DNA of 57,479 bases, counting the filler, from Circinaria calcarea (lineage: Eukaryota), in NCBI GenBank assembly GCA_051942165.1. It is 7 parts of 7 records of this genome, joined end to end, with 100 filler letters (N's around TTAATTAATTAA, not from the genome) between each part and the next. Parts side by side here need not be neighbours in the genome. Positions count along the whole stretch, not along the records: positions 24,688 to 32,812 come from JAVECS010001170.1; positions 32,913 to 41,036 come from JAVECS010001171.1; 5 more parts are not named here. One strand, given 5' to 3'. This document shows positions 24,773 to 36,728 of the stretch, piece by piece. Both the position numbers and the translations under genes were made by a program. The notes under the pieces are model-generated. The model searched no databases, had not been told where the DNA came from, and saw only the letters and a program-made list of their open reading frames with translations. Position 1 is the first letter of the stretch; each line of letters starts with the position of its first letter.

Positions 24773-25880
24773 GGGGGGGGGGGGACATACTGCGGCATTT
24801 AACCGGATGCGGCATAGCTTAGGGATCTCTGGTAAAGAATTAACGGCGGCATATACCACCGCTGTAACCAGTCACCGCTAATCGCCCGGTTTACCTCCAA
24901 CTTTACACCCTTTCCCTAGCTGGGAGAACCGTCTTTACTAATTGACGTGGTGTAACGAAGGATTGATATGGTGTCCGGCTAGGATGATTCAAAGCACTAT
25001 CTACTATGCCCTAGAACTACCTTACCGTGTTTCTTGGCAGTTTGAATTGCGCATATTTGGTATATTCTGTTTCCCCCTAGACACGGTGTATTCTATTCCA
25101 TGATTCGTGTCAAGCCTACTCGACTAATCATACCTTATGGTCAGGGAGAGGGCATGCGCCCAGTCTGGAGCAACTCCTTAGAAGGAATGGCAAGATAATA
25201 GTTTTGGTATGCTAACCCCCTCTCTTAGTTACCTGCTAGGCTTAGCAATACTTATTGCCCAATAACAACACCAGACTGCTCGGTACTCACACCTGCTTAA
25301 GGCTGAAACTATGACCAATATATGCGGCGAGCTATGTTTTATATTAACAGTTTCAAGTCCTTAACGGAGCTACTCTGCATATGTCTTTGCGTGGCTAAGC
25401 ATCTACCCACAAAGCTATCCTTCGTTGGTTAGCTTAGTAACCATATTTTTAATTATCAATATATATGATTGCTTGAAGCAATATGTTCTGTTGCCATCTA
25501 ACGCTCGACTTACCAAGGATACCTTTCACGTTGTTATCACCCAAGATTGGCAGGACTTTTTATACTGTACGCTATTTCACACCTAACATCCAACATGCTT
25601 CCTTGATCTACAAACGCCTTGCGGGCGTTAAGGCGAACCTTAGGACTGTTCCAGCCCGCCATATGCAATTTCATGATTATGAAGCTACCTAGAGGGGAGG
25701 CGGAAGTCACCAACATTGGGGAGATTAACAGCATTTACTACGCCAATCCAACTGCTCACTGTTTCCCTTCTATTTGGAAACGAAGTTATATATCGCCATG
25801 CTGAGTCCTAACTTCGCCATCCACAGCTGTGCCCTGACCTGAATCATATAACTCTATTTACTCCATCCCGATATATTAAC

Positions 25881-25887
25881 TATAAAA
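25881..25887 (+). promoter_or_regulatory. Candidate TATA box of the secreted-protein gene
   Basis: TATAAAA about 220 bp upstream of the ATG at 26102. Confidence 0.35.
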
Positions 25888-26101
25888 CCTCAGCTGGAAC
25901 ACGGAAGATCTCCATTATCACTCAAACAAACTCCACGACCTCCAGTATCATTCAAAGCGCTGGTTGCTTGACTACCTCATCTGTTCCTATCTTTTATATC
26001 CGTCTCTCAAATAATACGCCTGCGATCAATTAAGTGCACCTATATCTTTCAGTCTTTCCACTCCTTCTCTTAGTCTCGAGTTTAGCCTCTCGATACACAT
26101 C

Positions 26102-26961
26102 ATGAAGTTCTTCACGTTCGCCGCGGCTGCTCTTTGCTCCCTCGCACTGGGGTCCAGAGCGGCGCCTAACATAGATGGCCGATCAAACGCCCTTACCTCG
26201 CAACATTTAGCGTATAGTCTCCGCGCAAGAGATGCAGTCGCCGACGTTGGAGTCCTCATAGACCAAATTGCCGATATCCGCCTGCAACATCGAGCCATTC
26301 TTGGCAGAGCCCCTGCAAAAGGAACTTCTGGTTCTCCTGGAGGTTCTCGTGCTGGCTCCCCAGGACCGTCTACCGGAGGGACAGCAGCCTATACTAGAAT
26401 GTCTCAATATAAACCTGGTATGCAAGCCGGCCGTCGCTACATGTTCGAAGTTATCCAAAAGCCAGGAGGAGAATATCTCCATGGAACGAAAATGCAGGCG
26501 TATTGCGATAAAAAGGGTTATAAACAGTTTTCTTCTTGTTGGCGACGTCAAGGCTGATGCCCGAGGGAAACTGGACTTCTCGGGAAACATGTGGGATCTT
26601 CTCAAAGGCGAGGATGGCAAGCGCACAAACACTGAGGTGGACAAGCAACGATTTGATGCCGGTAAAGGTAACAGCCTGCAATTCAGATATGTTGGAGAGA
26701 CAACAGGGGTTGATGAAGATATCACCAGATTCGGTAAGTGCACGATAAGCTTAAATCTCAGGTCGACCAGCAGCACACGCTAAGAACGGAATAATAGGAA
26801 ACGATATCAATAAGGCGAATGGCGAAAAATGGAAGGGAGATAAGTATGACTGTAAGAGCTTTACAGAACAACTCGCAGCAAAGATAAAAAAATATAACGA
26901 CAATTTCCGGGGAGATATCAAGGTGTATATGTGGTGGAGCTGGGCAAGATGGCTAGACTAG
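26102..26961 (+). pseudogene. Secreted effector-like protein with one frameshift near 26525 (pseudogene or assembly indel)
   Basis: Signal peptide MKFFTFAAAALCSLALGSRA. Coding-like sequence continues in a shifted frame (FLLVGDVKAD...FRYVGETTG), then an intron at 26734-26797 (GTAAGT..GCTAAG..TAG) and a last exon containing KYDCKSFTEQLAAKI. Confidence 0.65.
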
Positions 26962-27159
26962 GGTTCTTTGGGCGTTTGGGCGCAAGCGTAGAAGGATACG
27001 GGGCAGAGCTTTGACAGCATACAGTCTTTACCCCATATATTCGAGTTAGTATATAGATAACAGAGCAAGCAGTAAAGCACAGAGCTGCGCATTGCTATTA
27101 CGAGCACCATACTGTAGCAATCAGTGCATCTCATATTGTCTTCGATTGTCCCATGGCTG

Positions 27160-27459
27160 CCAGTAGTCCGGCAGTACTGCCAGTCCGGACTGCAGTCCAA
27201 GTATTAATTTTAGTGGAAATTAAGCACGGGGAAAGAATAGTGAGGAACTTTCGGAGTCTTGATTTTCCGCGTCATTTAGGCTATAATCTAGGCTCAATGA
27301 GGCTAAATTTATATTTATATAAGTTTTGGCAGTCCGGACTGCGGTCTAAACTGACAGTTCAATCCAGTATACTAAACTGGACTATCAGTCTCAGTCCACC
27401 CTTCGAACAGCCAAGCCAATCACAGTCCAGAGGCTGGACTGCACTGTTGGGACTACTGG
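27160..27459. mobile_element. MITE-like non-autonomous DNA transposon relic (300 bp)
   Basis: 10-bp perfect terminal inverted repeats CCAGTAGTCC...GGACTACTGG. Multiple internal CAGTCC/GGACTG motifs, including the palindrome CAGTCCGGACTG at 27181 and 27330. AT-rich centre. No target-site duplication seen. Confidence 0.6.
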
Positions 27460-27906
27460 TAACCCTATCCAACAATCACTTTCTTAAGCCAAAGGTACTT
27501 CTTCTGACGATGCTGCATCACTCTCCTCTCCGCCAAGTAACTCAGTGTTGCCTCCTCCCTCTGCCGCAAATTGGCGATAGACCTTGGACAGGTTGCCAGG
27601 AATCGCTATGCTGTACCCACGATAGACCAGATCCGGGTTGTGCGGATCAAATTCATGGACGGTAGTTCATGAAGATCGCAGGCTCGATGGGCGATCAGGG
27701 TGTTCGGAGCGTTACGGACCAGCACTCGGTGTCCTGCGAAGAAGGAGGCTCCCCTATTTTATGCGTCTCCATTGAAATTGGTAGTCAATGAGATAACCCA
27801 CGGGCAATCGGCACAACTCTCACCGTGACAATATCTACTATCATTAGCAGCTTCCTACTAGGTCCCCTATGTGCAGAGATTTTACCGATTCAGCATCTTT
27901 ACCGAC

Positions 27907-29236
27907 CTATTCCTCTTCATCTCCGCTAATCGGCTCAGTATCAACGCTTTGCCCAGCCACGAATTTTTGATAAGCATCACGCAGGCGTCCAGAGGTTGTC
28001 TGGCTCATTCCACGGTGAACGAGATCCGGGTTTCTCGGATTGAACTCGTGTACAGTAGTGCCATGGAGCTTGGACGACTTATGGGCAGTCAAAGTATTCC
28101 GAGCGTTGCGCACCATCACTCCATAATCTGCGTAGTAAAACGTTCCCCCATGATCCGCATCACCGTTGAAATTCGTGGTCAAGGAAAAGACCCATGCGTC
28201 ACGATCACCCCTTTCACAGTGGGAATATCTATTCCAATCAGCCCATGAAGATAAATGTGTAGATGAACAGGAGCCGTACTTCTCATATAGGTTCGCACAC
28301 ACGCCACTAGGAGGTCCCAAAGGCAAGTTAGTAAGCTCATGATCTTGATTCCGTGTTTTAACTGAAATCACTGGCTCTGCTGAGCTCTCTAGCGAATTCC
28401 AGCCAAGGCGAGGTAATCCTTCCCAGCTGGCTTCTGCTTCTGCCAAGATTGATGGATCTAGCTTCTTCTGATGGATAGCTGTTAGTAACGAGCTGTATGA
28501 CGTAATGCTATGCATCTGGGTGCTCAGGAATCGCTGGCTGTGAGTTATCCTAGGTATATTTCTGGCCCACATAAAGGAAGGGCTCTTGCGTTCGCCGCAT
28601 GTGTAGCCAAAAAGAACCATCTTACCCCTATCATCTTTCTAGGATATGTCAACAGCGTGAAGATAACCAGTGTAGGAAGAAAAGTACCCTTATATTCCGT
28701 CCTATTTCGAGTTGAGTTGCCATGATTGAGTCCATGTGCTGTAGCACATCGTCGTTTCCCATATACCCCCGGATAACCGCACCAAACGGCTTTCCCGTGT
28801 TTTCGTCCGTCAAGATAACACTTTCATCCTCAGTAACTACCCGCTGCAGCTGCAGCTGATCAAGCACTGTAATCCCAAGACGCTTTTGCCTAGCGTCACT
28901 CAGTCGAGTGTTGTCAAACCAGTGCTGAAGCTGCTCAGCTGCTTCAAGCGACTCGGCAACCCAGCGACTTTTTGGAGGATACGGGTTAGCTAAGGGTTGA
29001 TATTCAACTGTCGGGATAGAAGATTGGGAGTCCCTTGCCTCTTCTTCAGACCAGGTTATTCCCAAGCTGTGGAGGAGATCAGGATCGTTGCGTATTTGGT
29101 TTATCCCAGGGAGAGGGTTGGGTAGGCCTGAGGGATATACTGCATAACGAGCACTTCGCACGCGCTTAGTGGTTTCGGGACTCGACTCCTTGTCTCCCTT
29201 AGTCGCTGTATTCTCTGGTGACTTCGAAGATGCCAT
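27907..29236 (-). CDS. TET/JBP-like 2-oxoglutarate/Fe(II) dioxygenase (3 exons)
   Basis: Introns 28639-28687 and 28229-28279 splice in frame. Resulting motifs: GKMVLFGYTCG, PPSG..YEKYSHCE (HxE), WVFSLTT, GGTFYYADYGVMV, LHGTT (distal His) and HRGMS (candidate 2OG-binding Arg). Confidence 0.65.
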
Positions 29237-30328
29237 GCTTGCAGTGTGAAATCTGTTGAAGCCTTTGTATGTTAATGTGAGGATGCTAGAGTCTCAAAGC
29301 TCAGAGTGTCCAAGTTAAGGCAATTGTACTGGCTTGATAGACTGATCGGGGCGTAAGGACAATAACGTTGATATATAATTAGTACGTAAATACTGTTGAA
29401 GCAGAGTAGGAGCGTTGGCTGTGCTTTGTATCTGGGTGGTGGTAGATACAAGCGTATGTACAAGAAGCTGTGTTGGAGCATGAAATACTAGAGAGAACAA
29501 AATCAAAGCTAGTTAATGGAACTTCAAATGCCAAATTGGCGGTATGTGTGCCGAGATGAAGCATTCCTAGGGCGAATAATAAACGAAGAAGACCACCTCG
29601 GTTGCCATATGATAGACCCAGGCTTAAAGTAGCACCTTGAAGACATGCTTTTCTCATACATATATACTAATGTAAATGCTGATCACGCTGACAACGAAAT
29701 TTAAAGAATATATAAACAATAAGGGTTCTTGAGAAGTTTGGCAGCTAGCAATGCTGATAGGAGATAGAGGACCTAGAGGACCGATGGAACGAGTCGCTAA
29801 CATAGCATCTGACAATGCTAGTCAACAGTCTTAATATGCTTTGCCCACTTGGATCCTAGACAGCAGCACCAACCCAATATCACTCATCAGGGATAACAAA
29901 CCCGCCCTATAAAGGATTACGAGAGGTCTCCTTCATTTCTTAGAACGAGTTAGTATACCTAGCACTACCCTTTCTTCGATCAGAGGTACTGTCGTATCGG
30001 CCATACATGGAGTTTCGACTTACGGTGGATAAGCCATTCCAGGGCTTCCTCTTGAACATTCTAAACCCAACGTCTCTGCTACCCACTCCGTCGAAAAGCC
30101 ATTCTTCAGTATTATCCCTCAAGCGCTTTACTTAAGAGCCACGATCCACGAACGATAGTCACAGAAGCTCAAACACCATGCAGCCACAACTGGGTAATTC
30201 ATATTCGTGAGGTTGTCATCACAACGAAGAAGAGTTGACTGTAACGTCGACTGAGTGCAATCCTATCAGCACATCAGAGCTTGTGATGAGAGCAGGCACA
30301 AATAGGTTCAGGCCGCCCCTGACTTTAA

Positions 30329-30355
30329 GAAGGGCTTTGAGAAGGGCTTTGAGAA
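30329..30355. repeat. Short tandem duplication (GAAGGGCTTTGA x2.25)
   Basis: Directly visible 12-bp unit repeated. Confidence 0.7.
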
Positions 30356-32812
30356 CGGTATCGTATAAAGATGTAAATCAGAATACTGCTTCCGCTATCA
30401 TTTAGCCTCGGTGAAGAGTGCCAAAAACGCCCTGACTGAGTAAAAGCAAGACTTCATGCTTTCATAAGCCTCAGAGTTATGGGACACATAAAATTCATAT
30501 ATACTTCTCTATGTCTTTCTCCCCATACACGTGCAATAGAATGCTGACAAGCTAGGCACATGTCCTCCTGAGCAAACCCGTGTGAATAAATACTTTCCTG
30601 CACGGTTGCTGTGTTTGAGTTTGGGGTTAGAAGGAAGTGAGCAGGAGTCTCCTTATTTGTTGCTGAAGAATTATCCATCTGAGGTGAAAAGTTATCGATG
30701 GATGTTCTCTAGCAATCTAGCTTCTAGCATCGCGGATACTCTAGTACGGGCAGGCGGAGTATACCTGGGTGATCCAAAGATCGGTGTTTATCACCTGACC
30801 TAGAGTATAGTCTGCGAACAGGCTCTGGAGTTTGCTTCCCCGGACTGGAGTCCTGTGGAATTTACGGCGGCATTTCTTGTAATGTGGTGGCAGGCAGAGC
30901 AGCGTACCATGTGGTTTGCAACTCTTACAGCCGCTAGCAACAGGTGCCGTGCCTCACGAGGTCTGTCACCGTCTTGCAAGCACAAACATGGCTGTCGGCC
31001 ATAGCATGGCGAAGGGTGGACGACGAAGTGAAGTCGGAGGTTGGAAGAAGGTCCTTGACTAAGCGCAGCTGAAATTTTGGTGCCTGCAGGTGTGATGCCA
31101 CAGTGCGCCAAGCTCTCCAGAATCGATAGTTACCGTGCTCCCTTAGGTGATGAGCTTGAGACTTCTTCAAGCAAACCGTATATATGATTGTCTTCTAAAT
31201 ATTGTACCTTGTTCTTTCCACGTCCATTTACCAAATCAAAGGGAGACTGGACCTGAAGCAAGGCCGGCGGGCGATAGGACCCCTGTTTGACAACCACGCA
31301 TACTCGATCGATTCATCTGCTTTCACCCCTTCCCGAAAATGGGGTTATCCGCCATTTGACCTATATGTCTAATGAAGGGTACTGCCGGCGGAGCCTACAT
31401 TTACCAATGTATTTTCTGAGCTTGTTGTGCGTCCAACAAATGACCCATCTCGCTCATGAATACCATGAAATCCTATCTCCAGAGCCGTCCAAGAAGGGCT
31501 CAGACACCACCTTCATGGTGCCTAGTGATCTACAAATTTACAGAAAGCGTTGTTCGGTGCAACGTGCCAGAAACCAGATACTGTACTGATATGGCAATAG
31601 TGAAATATCCGTGATCCCCTATCTATCTCGCACTTTGAACTTACTGTTCTACCTCAGTTAATGTACAGCCCTCTGATTGTATGGCCGTCTTAACGCAGAA
31701 TCCTCTTGTCCGTTGACTCAACGCACTCCATGGATTCAACTACGCCGAAAAACCGTTGATTTCCTGAACCTATTTTAGCCAGCCCCTTTCCTCCCCCTCC
31801 TTCCTGATAGACTGACGAAAATTGACTTCGTCAGGTATTATCCATCGTCGAGCCGTCTAACTCTCCAGTACAGCCCACTCGGCACCTACCACCAATATAG
31901 CTTTCTTCGGCTGCCCTCGAGGTAGTACCCCGTCGTTGCTTCTTCCCTTCTTCCGCTCCTGTCCGTAAGAGGCTTTGGAACGATGACGGTGATCAGAGAA
32001 ATACTTCCACTGAGAAGAGGTTGGAGTTGCTTCTAGGCCGCAAGTGAGCGGGCGGTCAAAAATGTGGCTTGTCTACATAGCGAAATCTGCTGGCTGGCTA
32101 GAGGGTTAGGCAGTTGGAACTGGGCCGCGGTTTCAAACGACAAGAAAGGCGTCAAGGATTATGAGAGCAAGACGGAAGCGAATGGGGCACGAGAGCACGC
32201 AGGAAAATGGCCCTACATGAGAATTGGCTTATGAAAATGATACGGAGGGGCCGGGTCACGGCGGTGAGTGAAAGGGGTACGGGAATAAGGAATGTCATAA
32301 ATGGGGGCATAGGCTTTTATAACTATCATTCTATAGGGAGGCTCCTTCCATAGCATAGCAAATGAGTAGTATATAGAGTAGGCAACGAATCTATAAAACT
32401 GTCCATGTACCGGGCCTACTCCCTACGAGCAATTAAATGGATGTATCTTTGAATACAATATGAGCATACTGACCTTTCAACCGCAAACTTACCATGACGG
32501 CTGCCTTTGAACATGGGACGCCGAATGACGAAGCACGCGAGCTTTGACAGATGCTAAATGCCGTTCAAGGAGACTCTTCACAACCACGAAAACCCAGATT
32601 ATATTGATGATTCTTTTTAGGTCTAACTGTTGATATACCCGAGTACTTGACCTAATACTTCTTGGAGAGTCACGGACACAGGAGAGATGCAGATCATGTC
32701 ATATTGATTTAATTAGAATAATCGTAGAAGCCCTTCCCACTTTTCTTTCCCAACCAACCTGCATCGACCATCTTCCTCAATAGAACAGCAGGCCTGTACT
32801 TGCTATCCCCAG

Positions 32813-32912
32813 NNNNNNNNNNNNNNNNNNNNNNNNNNNNNNNNNNNNNNNNNNNNTTAATTAATTAANNNNNNNNNNNNNNNNNNNNNNNNNNNNNNNN
32901 NNNNNNNNNNNN
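32813..32912. other. Artificial contig linker
   Basis: N44-TTAATTAATTAA-N44. Confidence 0.98.
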
Positions 32913-33519
32913 CGTTATTACACACACAAAAGCGTTGTTTTTCTCTCCATAGAACCATAGACAATTCATACTTTGCATAGCGTGCAATAACCACACGAAT
33001 TGATCTCACTTCAACACCATAAACTGCTCTGAGTGACTCCAAAAGTTCAACACGTTCGTATTCCCCAGCTACAAACGCGCTTCTCCTCCTGGTAGTCGAG
33101 ATTGAATCTGGGGAAATTGAAGCTAAAGTCGGTCTAACAATGGAGGTCCCCGGTTCCAGGGCCGTTATTGTGCTGCATTTGTGCAAAAGTCCATGGATCC
33201 ATCCTCGTGCAAATCACCCAGATCGAACCCAGGCCCAGGCCTATGCCTATTCCGGGTGCATCTCATTTCCAGTACCAACGCCTTTCTCCTCCTCGTGCTT
33301 GGTGTGTCGCCAAATGTAGTTGTACATTATTGCTTCCTTTTCCCATCTTTTGATGTTTTCTGTTCAGTCTGTCTCGCGTTGCTTTTGACCATACCACCGC
33401 TTCACTCTTTCAGCGGGCACTCGTTTGCAGTATATATCGTTATATCTTAATATTTACTATAATATCAAAGTTACTCTAATAATAGCCTCTCTGCTGTTCT
33501 TACTTCATTCAAGTTAGTG

Positions 33520-35018
33520 ATGAAGGGTTCGGTGTTGGCCATAGCAGCTTCGAGTCTGCTCTGTACTGCTACTGCTGGTTCCGTCCATGAGCGTCGACAT
33601 GCGCATGAAATTTTCCACCACTTACGGAGAGATGCCGCTCTGACTCCAGATAACGCGACTTGCGGCTGCACCACTTACGTGACGACTCTCTATGGCCAAC
33701 CTACATGTAAGCCAATTACCCATTCAATGTGACCCAAGGACCACAATTGGAGAGCATTGAGGTGAAGAGGGATCCCTACTGATATAGACCTATAGTGATA
33801 CAGCCTGCCGTAGCAAACACAACCACCGTCCTCTCCACATCCTACACTACCATTCAGATTACTGTCTCGCCAGTAGCTGCCTCAGCAACCGGGTCCTCCC
33901 AGTCACCCGCCAGTAGTTCAACTGCGGCTGCTACCTACAGCACATCCTCTTCCCCTCCTCTACCATTAGAGAGCAGCAGCCAAAGTCCGGGTATATCGTC
34001 GGCCTACCATGTTCCCCCACCACAGTCGTCTTCTGCCGCAGAATCATTCTCACATACTGCTACACCACCATCCTCGTCATCTGTCGCAGAATCATCTTCA
34101 TATTCTGCACCAGCGACGACCCCATCCTCAATCCCTATCGCATCCCCATCTTCTGCCTTGGCAGCACCCACTTCCTCAGCTTCCCCTTCAGCGTCTCCCT
34201 CTGCACCATCTGTACCTGGAACATCCGGTTCTCAGTGGTGCATGACATACTCCCCATACACCGAGCAAGGTGGCTGCAAAGAACCCGATGACATCAAAGT
34301 CGACATCGCCAACATAGCCGCCATGGGCTTCTCCTCGGTCCGCCTCTACAGCACAGACTGCGGTGGTCTCTCAGCCGTAGGCGCCGCCACAGCAACCCAT
34401 AAACTGAAACTCGTCCTGGGAATCTACATCTCCCCTAGCGGAATATCCGGCGCTGCCGAACAAGTCACCGACATCATCACTTGGGCTTCGGGTGACTACG
34501 CAGCCGTAGAAATGGTTGTTGTTGGCAACGAAGCCATTTTCAACAACTATGTCGACGCGTCCAGCCTCGCCGCTTTCATCTCTAGCACCAAATCAACCCT
34601 CCGCGCAGCTGGCTATACGGGTCCCGTCACTACAACCGAACCGATGAATATCATGCAGAACGCCACTTCCGTTCTCTGTCCCGTCGTCGACGTCCTCGCC
34701 GCAAACATTCACCCCTTCTTTAACCCGGCCGTCTCTGCTTCCTCGGCGGGAGCTTTTGTCGCAGACGCCCTCACGGAGCTCGCAACTCTCTGCGGAGACA
34801 CGAGAGAAGCGTATAACCTGGAGACTGGGTGGCCGCATGGTGGAATGGCGAACGGGGAGGCAGTTCCGGGAATGGAGGAGCAGAGGATGGCAATCGAGGC
34901 GATTCGAGGGCAGGCGGGGGGCAAGAGCGTCTTCTTCAGCTTCGTGGATGATCTCTGGAAACATCCGGGGGATTTGAACGTCGAGCAGAGTTGGGGGTGC
35001 AGCCAGTTGTTTACCTAG
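33520..35018 (+). CDS. Secreted GH17 beta-1,3-glucanase/glucosidase (Scw11/BtgE-like) with Ser/Thr-rich linker
   Basis: Signal peptide, CGCTTYVTT motif, intron 33707-33795, S/T/P-rich region, then MTYSPY..GGCK, VRLYSTDC, VVGNEA, NIHPFF and LETGWP (GH17 catalytic Glu motifs). Confidence 0.9.
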
Positions 35019-35372
35019 GAAGGAGGGGGGTGATCAGGAGGGAGGTGTGGACGAGGGCGAGGAAACGGGGAAAATGAGAGAGAAGGGTTTTTTTTTAGAT
35101 TTACTGTTGTATTTTCACGGTCAAGAAAAAATCAATACATTTTGCGATGTCGCGAGATGGAATTATTTTTGGCCGAATATACACAAAAATAAGCGAGCTG
35201 TACGGAGTAGTTTCTCAGCCCTACCCCAATGATTAGCAGCCGTTTCAAATGGTTGTGGATAGTAACAAACACTTTGAAAAACCAAACCTGCCAAGGCCAT
35301 AAACGATACAATCTCATCTCTAACGTCTTTCTTCCTCTCACCAACTTTATCCCCACCTCCCTATTCCACGAC

Positions 35373-36026
35373 ATGTCCAACCCCACCGGTCGGAGAAAAA
35401 AGCCTGCAATGCGGGCAGTCGTGCCCGAGAACCCACCCTTCCTCGACCACCGCGGCAATCCCAGCCTCACGGTCTTCTGCGTCCCTGCCGACAATACCCA
35501 CGCGCCGATCTTCTCCTTCCAAGTCTACGTGACCAACGGGCTGACCGCCACTGATTGCGGCACCCTCCCGACCGAGCTCCTGGACCGGTTGCATTCTTCC
35601 GGGTCCGGGGATTTCCAATGGTGGCGCCTCGACTTTTACTTCCTCCCCGGCGCCTCCAAAGAGGACTGCATGGACCACTACCGCGGCGAGAAAGAGGCGC
35701 GGAAGGAGGACAACGACCACCATCTCGTGCCGAGCTACGCCAACGGATATTACCACTGCTACCACAACTTCATCATCCTGGTTCCGGAAAAGGACTGGGA
35801 GAATCACGGCTTGGCCATCCTCAGTTGGGAGCCGGCCGAAGGCGAACAGATGGACAGCGTCATGGAATTCCAGGAAAACGTGCCCCCAACGCCAGGACCG
35901 ACGAGTGATGATCTTCTTTCGGCGGGACTTTGCCGCTCCGTGTCGAGCCGGTGTCGGGATTTATATAGCTTGTCACCGTTCAAGGAGGAGTACGATGAAC
36001 GGTGGGAACTAAAAGGACCCATGTAA
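35373..36026 (+). CDS. Hypothetical protein (~217 aa), intronless, GC-rich codons
   Basis: ATG at 35373 with strong C/G third-position bias relative to the flanks; protein-like sequence (WRLDFYFLPGASKEDCMDHYRGEK). Family not identified. Confidence 0.65.
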   Translation: MSNPTGRRKKPAMRAVVPENPPFLDHRGNPSLTVFCVPADNTHAPIFSFQVYVTNGLTATDCGTLPTELLDRLHSSGSGDFQWWRLDFYFLPGASKEDCMDHYRGEKEARKEDNDHHLVPSYANGYYHCYHNFIILVPEKDWENHGLAILSWEPAEGEQMDSVMEFQENVPPTPGPTSDDLLSAGLCRSVSSRCRDLYSLSPFKEEYDERWELKGPM

Positions 36027-36146
36027 CGATACATGGTGCAAAACAACTGGGCTAAAATACTTTTTTGCTCTTAGATAAACTAGGGCAAAAAATAGGTCAA
36101 GTGCGTTCAATCTCTGAAACGTACGGTTCGAATATATATTAAATAG

Positions 36147-36363
36147 TCACGCGCTTGATAGAAAAAATAGCGTAATTACTCGCTAATATTAACCTCTAGA
36201 TTTATAGGATCCCTTCCAATGTTGGTGGTCCCATACCCGAATCCTAGGCTAGAAGGTTAAGTAATTACGGCTGGGGGTAATACGAGGTTGCTGATTTTTT
36301 GTTAAGCACGTGGTAATCACGCGGGTAACAAAAAAATGCGACAGCAAAATCACCCCCGCTGTA
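36147..36363. repeat. Degenerate inverted/direct repeat cluster (foldback-like relic)
   Basis: 36266-36312 is an imperfect reverse complement of 36318-36363 (CACGYG..TAACAAAAAA..CAGCAA..ACCCCC..GTA). A third related copy starts near 36148. Confidence 0.45.
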
Positions 36364-36728
36364 GGCACACAAACTAATTTACGTGTTGATGAGCCCTAGC
36401 GTTAAAAAGGGGTCCTCACAAACTCTCGGCCTATACTTAGGCAAGTAATTACGGTGGGCGTCATATTATTTCTTATCGTCGCGGAAAAAGCTTGGCTCAC
36501 CGAGCTATCCTATCAAAATTTTACGATCACAGCCAAGGTCCAAGCCAAAAAAAATTTTAAACGTTCTCTGCCTTGAATCTTAAAATCAAATCAAGAGTCT
36601 TCCGACCAGTATAAGAAACAGCCACGCCACTCCTTCCCAAATATGTTGCGTGTGCACATATTTTGAAAGAGTGAAAGGGACACACAGGAGCGAGTGAGAA
36701 AGCGAATATATGGAATTTCTAAAAGCGA

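Noticed and set aside
27153..27665. 170-aa ORF spanning the MITE-like element
   Set aside because: Runs through non-coding palindromic repeats and has no transposase motifs.
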